DNA of 33,565 nt. It comes from a virus. Lineage: Duplodnaviria; Caudoviricetes. Within the stretch, counting starts at the first letter, position 1, and the number at the start of each line of letters is the position of its first letter. Where the stretch lies: IMG/VR virus record IMGVR_UViG_3300009678_000110, positions 1 to 33,565 of that record. One strand, written 5' to 3'. The translations under genes and the position numbers were made by a program. Below the pieces are notes generated by a model that worked only from the letters and a program-made list of their open reading frames with translations, had not been told where the DNA came from and did not search any database. Of this stretch, positions 1 through 6,487 are shown piece by piece.

Positions 1-8
1 CGGGCCCG

Positions 9-164
9 ATGGGGCACAAGACCGCCCCGCGCGGCGGCGCGCGGAGCGCCGCGCGCGCGGAGGTGCGCGCGGAGCTCCACGAGCTCGAGTACGGCGCGGC
101 GATACGTCGGCAGTTGCGCGTGACTGTCGACGTCTGCTATCCTTTGTCAGACGAAATCACCTGA
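9..164 (+). CDS. Small hypothetical protein (51 aa, MGHKTAPRGG...LSDEIT; may extend upstream of the window)
   Basis: Read manually: ATG at 9, open to TGA at 162-164, mostly G/C third positions; no homology recognised. Confidence 0.35.
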   Translation: MGHKTAPRGGARSAARAEVRAELHELEYGAAIRRQLRVTVDVCYPLSDEIT

Positions 165-179
165 TTTTCTGACAAAGGA
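140..179. repeat. AT-rich near-perfect palindrome / hairpin (operator or RBS-occluding stem)
   Basis: TCCTTTGTCAGA (140-151) / TCTGACAAAGGA (168-179) plus inner AAATCA (154-159) / TGATTT (162-167); right arm contains the AAGGA SD of the gene at 189. Confidence 0.8.
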
Positions 180-188
180 AACGCGCAT

Positions 189-692
189 GTGGCGGTAAAA
201 CGGCCCGCGATCATTGCGCTTTTGGTGGCCTCCGCCGTTCTGGTGTCCTCCACGATCTTCGACCAGCTACGCAACGGCGTGCGCGACGCGCGCGTCGGCT
301 GCCACCTCCCGCAGGACGCGGTCGACTACGCAGACCGCACCGTAAGCCTGTTCGCGTGCTGCGAATTCGCGGAGCGGCAGCCGGACTACTACATCGACCA
401 CCCGGAGAGCCCGAGCGGCCGGACGGCGGTGTACGAGGATCCCGTCCCGGAGTTCTACTGGGGCGTTTGCATGAACTGTTTCAACGAGTTGCGCGAAGTG
501 TGCGACGAGCAGGGCTGCTCGATGCGCCGCGTGTGCGCCACCTCCTCGCCGCTCATGGTCGGCGAGCTCCTGGACGGCACGCCGCTGCCCGAGCCGCCTG
601 GCGGGCTCCCGGCCGGCGCGCTCGCGATCGCGCTGCTCGAGCTCGCGCGGCGCCGCGCCATTCGCCGTTCGCGAATAGCGAATCCTGAGTGA
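189..692 (+). CDS. Secreted Cys-rich protein with C-terminal PEP-CTERM-like sorting signal
   Basis: N-terminal KR + hydrophobic signal/TM; 8 Cys; C-terminal LPEP-PGGLPAGALAIALLELA-RRR; SD AAGGA 9 nt upstream of GTG. Confidence 0.6.
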   Translation: MAVKRPAIIALLVASAVLVSSTIFDQLRNGVRDARVGCHLPQDAVDYADRTVSLFACCEFAERQPDYYIDHPESPSGRTAVYEDPVPEFYWGVCMNCFNELREVCDEQGCSMRRVCATSSPLMVGELLDGTPLPEPPGGLPAGALAIALLELARRRAIRRSRIANPE

Positions 693-892
693 ATCCGCGG
701 GATTACGACGACGAGCCGGTCCGCTACCGAAAGACGAAGCGCAACCGGGGCCCCAGGTGCCCGGAAACCATCAGCTATTCCTTCTTCGACCACGACTGGT
801 CGTACAGGTGCATGGGACGGCTCGAGAAGGGCGCGACGGTCTGCAAGCCGTGCCAGCGCCGCGCGGAAAAGGCAGCAAAATCGCTCCCTTAG
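689..892 (+). CDS. Small basic Cys-containing hypothetical protein (67 aa)
   Basis: GTGA overlap with upstream stop; C..C..CxxC pattern, possible Zn binding. Confidence 0.6.
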   Translation: MNPRDYDDEPVRYRKTKRNRGPRCPETISYSFFDHDWSYRCMGRLEKGATVCKPCQRRAEKAAKSLP

Positions 893-937
893 ATTGACAA
901 CACGGGTGCCGCGAATTGTCACCATCGGTGACGGAAT

Positions 938-967
938 TTGACACCCCCTCGGTCGATGGGCTACTCT
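938..967 (+). promoter_or_regulatory. Sigma70-type promoter
   Basis: Perfect TTGACA (938-943), 18-bp spacer, TACTCT (962-967) in an intergenic AT-richer patch; a second TTGACA at 894-899. Confidence 0.6.
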
Positions 968-974
968 TCCTGGA

Positions 975-1300
975 ACCCTGGCAGTGGTGTCGGCGGCCGG
1001 CTTCCCTCGTGCGGGGCCGCGCACCGCCGCGCAACGACCGCCGTCGGGGTAGGTGCGGGCTCGCCGCCGTAGTCCTGCGCAGGACTGGATGGCGGAGACA
1101 TCCCGCGCCGCGCCCGCCCCGGGCGCATGAGGCCGCTTCGGCGGTCAGTGCCCGGGGCGCGCGTTGCTCCCGCCCCGACCCGCCGCCCGAGAGCGGCACC
1201 GGTCTCGGCACCCCGCTTTCCCGCCCCCAAGGGGCAAAAATCCTCAGGAGCCGCCTGGTCTGGTACCGGGTCTCCCTCGTCGGCCTGGCGCCGACGCGAC
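975..1300 (+). ncRNA. Candidate structured ncRNA or long 5' leader (unassigned family)
   Basis: No credible ORF between promoter and RBS at ~1305; nested stems 987-993/1194-1200, 1043-1053/1169-1179, 1064-1095, and 1115-1159 capped by cUUCGg. Confidence 0.45.
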
Positions 1301-1316
1301 AACGAAGGAGCCCGCG

Positions 1317-1841
1317 ATGTCGCGCACCACCACGGTCCGACTTCACGACCCGAGCCCGGGAATCCGCTACGTCCGAGTGATCGGCGACGGAACGCCCGAG
1401 CGCACCCGGTTGCTCGACTATCAGGGCAACCAGATTTCCGAGATCGTCGTCGGCATCGACCTAACGGTCGAGCCCCAACGCTGCGCGCGCGGCGTTTTCC
1501 GGCACGTCGTCGACGAAAAGATCGAGAAGTTCGAGGCGTTCGTGCTCTTCGAGCCCTACGCCGAGAACGCAGAGCTCGCGCGCCTCCGCGCCCGTGTCCG
1601 GTCGCTGGAAGAGCTCCCCGACCGCATCACGGACATCCTCCGCAACGGGCTCGACGACGTCGAGGCCGCGTTCCGGCAGGAGTTCGGCGCGAAGGCACCC
1701 GAGCCCGCCCACTACGAATACGATCTCGAGCCCGAGACGCCGAGCGACGACGCAGTCGACGAGACGCCGGCACAATCGGTGCTCGCGGTCCCCGGGCCCA
1801 GCGTGCGCGAGCTCGCGAGCCTCCTCCCGCGCCGCGACTAA
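1317..1841 (+). CDS. Hypothetical protein (174 aa) with coiled-coil and acidic C-terminal part
   Basis: GAAGGAG SD before ATG 1317 (not the 1164 start of the ORF track); typical codon usage. Confidence 0.75.
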   Translation: MSRTTTVRLHDPSPGIRYVRVIGDGTPERTRLLDYQGNQISEIVVGIDLTVEPQRCARGVFRHVVDEKIEKFEAFVLFEPYAENAELARLRARVRSLEELPDRITDILRNGLDDVEAAFRQEFGAKAPEPAHYEYDLEPETPSDDAVDETPAQSVLAVPGPSVRELASLLPRRD

Positions 1842-1842
1842 C

Positions 1843-2175
1843 ATGCGGCGCCCCTGGTCTCTCCCCGAGATCGAGACCATCTTCTGCGACGGAGACCCCT
1901 TGCCGGTCGCGATCGGTGAATCGGCCGTCCATGCGTGGTTCGGCCTCACCTACGCCAGCTACCTCGTGTGGCCGCGCGTGCTCATGGAGCGGATGCCCGA
2001 CGAGTGGCAGCGCCGCTTCGTCGCGCTCGCCTCCGAGATCGAAGCGGCCTACCCCGATTTCGTGGATCCCAGCTACTCGGTCCTCGCGCGCGACGCGCGC
2101 GGCCGGTACTTCCGGGATCCGCTCTGCAACTACCGCCGCCCGGGGCCGGACGTCCCGTGGCCGAAAGTTCCGTAG
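1843..2175 (+). CDS. Conserved-looking phage hypothetical protein (110 aa)
   Basis: ATG 1 nt after previous stop; motif HAWFGLTYASYLVWPRVLMERMPDEWQRRFV resembles a recurrent phage family of unknown function. Confidence 0.75.
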   Translation: MRRPWSLPEIETIFCDGDPLPVAIGESAVHAWFGLTYASYLVWPRVLMERMPDEWQRRFVALASEIEAAYPDFVDPSYSVLARDARGRYFRDPLCNYRRPGPDVPWPKVP

Positions 2176-2177
2176 TC

Positions 2178-2459
2178 ATGTGGCGCGAACGCGTCTTCAA
2201 GGCCTGCGCCGCTGCGGCGCTCTGGCTTCTCGCGTTCGGCGCCCTCCTCATGCTCCCGCTCCCGCCTAGCAAGGCGCCGCGCCTCTGGGCGCGCGTCACG
2301 GGCGGCAGGCCGATGCAGCGCCTCGAGCGCCCGCCGGCCTTCACCTCGGACAACCCGGACGCGCGCCTCGCCTACTGGCTCGACGCGTACGGGCGCGCAT
2401 GGCTCGCGCCGAGCGCGTGGTCGCGCTTCCGCATCCGAGTCGAGGAGTACGACGCATGA
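2178..2459 (+). CDS. Hypothetical membrane-anchored protein (93 aa)
   Basis: TAGTCATG junction; N-terminal hydrophobic helix ACAAAALWLLAFGALLML. Confidence 0.65.
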   Translation: MWRERVFKACAAAALWLLAFGALLMLPLPPSKAPRLWARVTGGRPMQRLERPPAFTSDNPDARLAYWLDAYGRAWLAPSAWSRFRIRVEEYDA

Positions 2460-2659
2460 TGCCCGGCTTCTGGAAGCGAATGTTCGAGCGCGCGACGCCC
2501 GGACGGCTCGACCGTCTCGAGGCGCAGCGCGCGCGGCACGAAAACGACTTCAAGCGCGGCATGCGGCGCCCGGAGCCCGGTCGCGAAGAGTTCGATCCGT
2601 TCGGCGGCGGCCTCCTCGAGCTCGATCGCGAGATCGAACGCGAACGACTGATCGGTTGA
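2456..2659 (+). CDS. Hypothetical protein (67 aa)
   Basis: GAGGAG SD, ATGA overlap, ends 1 nt before the tRNA. Confidence 0.65.
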   Translation: MMPGFWKRMFERATPGRLDRLEAQRARHENDFKRGMRRPEPGREEFDPFGGGLLELDREIERERLIG

Positions 2660-2660
2660 C

Positions 2661-2737
2661 TGCGGGATAGCTCAGTTGGTCAGAGCAGCGCCCTCATAAG
2701 GCGTTGGTCGCCGGTTCGAATCCGGCTCCCGCTTCCA
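2661..2737 (+). tRNA. tRNA with CAU anticodon (elongator Met or Ile2)
   Basis: Cloverleaf: GCGGGA/TCCCGC acceptor, GCTC/GAGC D arm, GCGCC-CTCATAA-GGCGT anticodon arm, GCCGG-TTCGAAT-CCGGC T arm, encoded CCA. Confidence 0.92.
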
Positions 2738-2749
2738 TGTTAGGTCACC

Positions 2750-2986
2750 ATGATCCAGAGCGCAAGATTCTCGCTGCGGCAGTCGCCGACGAGCGTGAAC
2801 AAGGGGCGCGGCTGGACCGAGGTCGACGCACGACGCTGGCTGCGCGCGAACGGGCTGCGCGCGCCGGTAGCGCTGCGCACCGCGAACCAGCTTCGGTTCC
2901 GACAGGCGGAGCCGAGCGAGTTCGACACCTTCAAGACGCGCACCGCGGATCTCCCGGCCGGCGTCCAACTTCTCGACGCGGAGTAG
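2750..2986 (+). CDS. Small viral protein of unknown function (78 aa)
   Basis: Pattern IQS..F...WT...ARRWL..NG....T...LRFRQ..P..F..FKT, recalled as a small recurrent viral domain; unverified. Confidence 0.65.
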   Translation: MIQSARFSLRQSPTSVNKGRGWTEVDARRWLRANGLRAPVALRTANQLRFRQAEPSEFDTFKTRTADLPAGVQLLDAE

Positions 2987-2989
2987 CCC

Positions 2990-3340
2990 GTGGCACTCGA
3001 CCTGACGCCGATCGTCGAAGACATCATCATCTGGCGCGGCGACAACCCCGTGATCACGGTCACCGTGACGGACCCGGTGACGGGTCTTCCGGTCGACCTA
3101 ACGGGCGGCACGTTCGCGTTCACCGTGAATCGCAACTCCGACGGGAGTGCGACCAACGAATTCCAGCTCGCCCCCACGAACACGCCTGGCGTGAGTGGTC
3201 TCGTGACGTTCCAGCCGACCACGGCGCAGACGAACATCGCGCGACGCTCCTACTTCTACGACGTGCAGTGGACAAGCGGTTCAACCGTCCGTACACTGGT
3301 CACGGGTCGTTTCGTTGTTCGAGACGACATCAACAACTAA
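2990..3340 (+). CDS. BppU-N-like Ig-fold virion structural protein
   Basis: IIIWRGD..ITVTVTD..G.PVDLTG...F......G.VTF.PT..QT......YFYDVQ......RTLV.GRF.V is the typical BppU N-terminal-like pattern; GGAG SD. Confidence 0.7.
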   Translation: MALDLTPIVEDIIIWRGDNPVITVTVTDPVTGLPVDLTGGTFAFTVNRNSDGSATNEFQLAPTNTPGVSGLVTFQPTTAQTNIARRSYFYDVQWTSGSTVRTLVTGRFVVRDDINN

Positions 3341-3356
3341 CGGAGGGTAAAGAACC

Positions 3357-3632
3357 ATGCTGGTTCAGGATTTCATCTCGGCACTGCAGAAGCACAAGGG
3401 CAAGATCGTCGCGGCCGTCGCGGCGAACGGCGCTCTGTTCGGCCTGGACCTCGGCGAGAGCGTCGGGGGCGTGGTCGACCAGGTGCTCAGCGCGGTCACC
3501 GTCGCGGTCGACGCGTACGTGGCCCTCGCGGTGTCCGTGTCCGCCTTCGTCGAGGCGCTGAAGAGCGACCCCGACGTCGACACCGGTCCGACGACTCCCG
3601 GCCCCGTCTCCGACGCACCGGCCGCCGAGTAG
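3357..3632 (+). CDS. Small hydrophobic protein, holin-like
   Basis: GGAGG SD; two Ala/Val-rich apolar segments and acidic tail. Confidence 0.5.
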   Translation: MLVQDFISALQKHKGKIVAAVAANGALFGLDLGESVGGVVDQVLSAVTVAVDAYVALAVSVSAFVEALKSDPDVDTGPTTPGPVSDAPAAE

Positions 3633-3698
3633 TTCGGACCATCCCCGGCCGCGCATAGCAGCGTAGGTCGATCCCAACCAACAGGAGGAGCCCTTACC

Positions 3699-4142
3699 AT
3701 GGCTCGAGCTTTCGATACTTCCCGCCCCGGCAAGGGCTTCGTCAAGGCACTCGCGTTCCTGCGCGCCGCGATTCGCGGCGGGCTCGTCGCCGACGACGTG
3801 AACGTGCAGTCCGGGGCGTCGACCGTCATCCTGGATCCGTCCGTGTACGAGAGCCGTGTGCGCTCGAGCGGTGCGGCGACCCAGCAGGTGCTCCAGCTTC
3901 CGGCCGGCGCCAAGGTCGGCGTGCGCCACCTCGTGTCGTTCGTGACCGAGACGGTCGCGGGTGACTCGATCCGCATCAACGGCGGCGCGGGTGTCTCGCT
4001 GCAGCAGGCCGGCATCCAGGGCGACGCGGCGGCTGCGGCCGTCACCAACGTCGACCTCGCCGCGGTGAACGATCGCTGCCTCTTCGAGTACAGCGCACCG
4101 AACACCTGGAACATCATCTACACCAACGGGACGCTCTCGTAG
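3699..4142 (+). CDS. Putative virion structural/decoration protein (147 aa)
   Basis: Very strong SD (CAGGAGGAG); beta-rich C-terminal domain (VLQLPAG...G...L...D...FEY....W.I) typical of phage fibre/decoration modules. Confidence 0.6.
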   Translation: MARAFDTSRPGKGFVKALAFLRAAIRGGLVADDVNVQSGASTVILDPSVYESRVRSSGAATQQVLQLPAGAKVGVRHLVSFVTETVAGDSIRINGGAGVSLQQAGIQGDAAAAAVTNVDLAAVNDRCLFEYSAPNTWNIIYTNGTLS

Positions 4143-4325
4143 CACCCATCCGGCCGCACCTCTGGCCGGCGAGCGGATCCACCGGGAACGAGCGCTCGTA
4201 AAAGTTGGAGCCGGTGGAGTGGCATGGGTGACGGACGCCCAGCCCCCATTTTCCCGACGCTTCGCAGAAACGCCGCACACACCACGCGCACACTAACGCA
4301 GGCGGGTCCGTGAGCGGAGCGTCGG
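4143..4325 (+). ncRNA. Candidate structured RNA upstream of tRNA-Asn (unassigned)
   Basis: Stems 4143-4149/4224-4230, 4150-4155/4164-4169, 4178-4185/4211-4218, 4254-4265/4314-4325; no credible + strand ORF. Confidence 0.45.
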
Positions 4326-4332
4326 AGTTTCT

Positions 4333-4408
4333 TTCTCGGTAGCTCAGTTGGCAGAGCAACGGCCTGTTAAGCCGTGGGTCGGAGGTTCGAGCCCTCCCCG
4401 AGGAGCCA
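4333..4408 (+). tRNA. trnN: tRNA-Asn (GUU)
   Basis: TTCTCGG/CCGAGGA acceptor, ACGGC-CTGTTAA-GCCGT anticodon arm, GGAGG-TTCGAGC-CCTCC T arm, G73 discriminator, encoded CCA. Confidence 0.96.
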
Positions 4409-4412
4409 TTGC

Positions 4413-4838
4413 ATGTCGAACCCCAACGACCCCGACTACGACCCGAAAGGGTTCCGCCGCGGCAGCGAGAAGGGCGGACGCGGTCCGCGTCCCAATCTCG
4501 AGGCAATGATCGGCGTCGAGTGGTCGAAGACGCCCGGCGAAGCCGAGCGAAAGATGGCAGCGCAAGGCCTCGGGCTGAAGCCCGAGGACGTGCCGCAGTT
4601 CGACACGATCGCGGAGCTCCAGGTGTGGGTCTTCCGCATGCACGGCCTACGCGGCAGCAAAGAGCACTTCCAAGAGCTCGGCGACCGCGCGGCCCCGAAG
4701 CCGTCGCGCACACAGGGTGCCGATGGCTCGCGCAGCACGCGCAAGAGCAATGCACGCGCCTCGCAGAGCGAGGCGGAACGCTGGTTCGAGGGGTTGGACG
4801 GTGTCAGCGGAGAAGACGACGATTCAGACCTGTTGTGA
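4413..4838 (+). CDS. Probable terminase small subunit (141 aa)
   Basis: ATG 4413 with AGGAG 7 nt upstream; N-terminal KGFRRGSEKGGRGPRP (TerS/DUF5681-like G/P/R segment), helical core, acidic tail; no other TerS candidate next to TerL. Confidence 0.45.
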   Translation: MSNPNDPDYDPKGFRRGSEKGGRGPRPNLEAMIGVEWSKTPGEAERKMAAQGLGLKPEDVPQFDTIAELQVWVFRMHGLRGSKEHFQELGDRAAPKPSRTQGADGSRSTRKSNARASQSEAERWFEGLDGVSGEDDDSDLL

Positions 4839-5019
4839 GGTTGGCGCCGTAGAGGCGACCCTACACCGGGAAGTGATCCCGCTTCTGCACCGACTCGACG
4901 AGCGCTCCCAAGGGCAAGAGAAGCGCCTCGACAAGATGGACCGACGCAGCGCGGGCATCAGCACGCTCGTGGCCGCCGTCGTGGCCGCGCTCGGCACCTA
5001 CTTCCGTCCGACGACCTAG
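4801..5019 (+). CDS. Small coiled-coil protein with C-terminal TM helix (holin/XhlA-like)
   Basis: GAGG SD before GTG 4801; LHRLDERSQGQEKRLDKMD followed by AGISTLVAAVVAALGTYF. Confidence 0.55.
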   Translation: MSAEKTTIQTCCEVGAVEATLHREVIPLLHRLDERSQGQEKRLDKMDRRSAGISTLVAAVVAALGTYFRPTT

Positions 5020-5021
5020 CC

Positions 5022-5495
5022 ATGTCGACGGCGTTCCTGCTGAGCGAGTTCGATTCGCGAATCCTCGGCGACGGCACGAAGAACCGGCGGCTGTATTCCG
5101 AGCTCGTCGGCGACATGGGCATCCGGCTCAACCAACTCCACGAGTGGGAGGCCGAGACGCGCCCGGGTTGGCGCATCGACTGGCGCATCCGCGAGTCGGG
5201 CACCGGCACGACCATCATCCGCATCCCCGCCGGCCTGATCTACGACGGCGCGTCGATTCCCGCTCTCGCGCAGACCTTCATGGGCGCGCGCGAGCTCTAC
5301 GAAGTGGCGAGCGCGTTCCACGACCCGCTCTACCAGTGGGGCGCGCCACGCGGCGCGTCCGACGAAGCGTTCTGGATCGTCGCGCGCAGCGGCGCGAAGC
5401 AAGTGAATCCCACGCGCGCCTGGCTCGGCTGGGCGGGCGTCCGCATCGGGGGCTGGGTGCCGTATGGCAAGCACGCCCGTCGACGAGCGCGATGA
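5022..5495 (+). CDS. DUF1353-family protein
   Basis: IPAGLIYDGASIP...ASAFHDPLY...ASDEAF...GVRIGGW matches the DUF1353 signature. Confidence 0.8.
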   Translation: MSTAFLLSEFDSRILGDGTKNRRLYSELVGDMGIRLNQLHEWEAETRPGWRIDWRIRESGTGTTIIRIPAGLIYDGASIPALAQTFMGARELYEVASAFHDPLYQWGAPRGASDEAFWIVARSGAKQVNPTRAWLGWAGVRIGGWVPYGKHARRRAR

Positions 5496-5847
5496 CTACT
5501 GGGACTCGCCGATGTCGGCCGCCTCGCGGCGGCACCTTCGCGCGGTGTTCCGGTACTTGCGCGCGCACTGGCCGACGGCGCGCCGCGTAACGCTCAGCAT
5601 CCAAAAGCTCAAGGGCTGCGACGCCGAGATCTGGCGCGTGGCGCGCTCGCGCGATCTCGTGATCGCCGTCGATCCGCGGTGCCAACTAGCCCTCGCCGTC
5701 AACCTGCTCCAGCACGAGTACGCGCACGCGGTCGTCTGGGACGTGAAGGAAGAGCACCACGGCCCGGCATTCGCGGGCACGTGGGGCGCGATCATCACCG
5801 CCTTCGAGGACGGCAGCGTCATCGAAGATGTGGAGGACTGGAAGTGA
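5464..5847 (+). CDS. SprT-like zinc metallopeptidase (start may be 5512)
   Basis: LLQHEYAH (HExxH) followed by HHGPAF third-ligand motif. Confidence 0.7.
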   Translation: MASTPVDERDDYWDSPMSAASRRHLRAVFRYLRAHWPTARRVTLSIQKLKGCDAEIWRVARSRDLVIAVDPRCQLALAVNLLQHEYAHAVVWDVKEEHHGPAFAGTWGAIITAFEDGSVIEDVEDWK

Positions 5848-6254
5848 ACGTCCCCGTCACCGAGGGCCCGCAGCACGAGCTCGGCTGCAGCGAGATGCAC
5901 TTCCACGCGTCGCCGAAGTGCTGCGCGGACGGGTGCTATTGCAAGCAGCCCGACCCGGTCGCGAACGTCGCAACGCCCTTCCCGGCCGACAAGCCGAACC
6001 AACTCCTCCTCGAGCTCCTGAAGCAAGCGGACGCGATCGACGAGCTCGTGGTGATCGCGCGCGACAAGAACGGCCGCCTGTACGTGACGTGGACCGAGCA
6101 GGATCTCGGCTCGCTGTGCGAGGCGACGCAGCTTCTCGTGACGACCGCGCACGCCGACCTCTACACCGGGCACTGCGCGAACGAGCCCGAAGACGAGCAC
6201 CCGCCGCTCAAGCTCTCTTTCCTCGCCAACGGCGAGTTGGAGCCCGTGAAATGA
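5844..6254 (+). CDS. Hypothetical protein with Cys/His-rich N-terminus (136 aa)
   Basis: GGAGG SD, GTGA overlap; C..H.H..CC..C.C cluster. Confidence 0.65.
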   Translation: MNVPVTEGPQHELGCSEMHFHASPKCCADGCYCKQPDPVANVATPFPADKPNQLLLELLKQADAIDELVVIARDKNGRLYVTWTEQDLGSLCEATQLLVTTAHADLYTGHCANEPEDEHPPLKLSFLANGELEPVK

Positions 6255-6487
6255 AACGCTTCCTCGCCGTGCTGATCGCCGCGCTCATTCTCGTCATCGG
6301 CACCGCGTGGGCCATCGTGCCCACCGTGAAGCCGCAGCCCACGCTGATCAACTGCTACCCGATCGTCGAGGACTTCGGTCTTCGCTTGGCGATCACGCTG
6401 TGTCTGTTCCGCCTCCCCGACCCGCCGCTCAAGCCGCCGGTCGACGAGCGCGAGGCGCTGAAAGACGCGCCCGGCGTGAATCTTTAA
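6251..6487 (+). CDS. Small exported protein (78 aa)
   Basis: ATGA overlap; classic signal peptide MKRFLAVLIAALILVIGTAWA; two Cys. Confidence 0.65.
   Translation: MKRFLAVLIAALILVIGTAWAIVPTVKPQPTLINCYPIVEDFGLRLAITLCLFRLPDPPLKPPVDEREALKDAPGVNL

Noticed and set aside
894-925. Second promoter at TTGACA 894-899
   Set aside because: No acceptable -10 at 16-18 bp (TGTCAC); better read as part of an inverted repeat
2661-2737. Canonical initiator tRNA-fMet
   Set aside because: Lacks the GGG/CCC anticodon-stem pairs, C1:A72 and A73
4143-4332. tRNA-associated theta/HDV-like, hammerhead or twister ribozyme
   Set aside because: Lies 5' rather than 3' of the tRNA; no P1.1/J4-2 catalytic C arrangement and no CUGANGA/GAAA core found by eye
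2661-4408. tRNAs as prophage att sites
   Set aside because: Both are flanked by phage genes on each side; no duplicated 3' fragment or integrase seen
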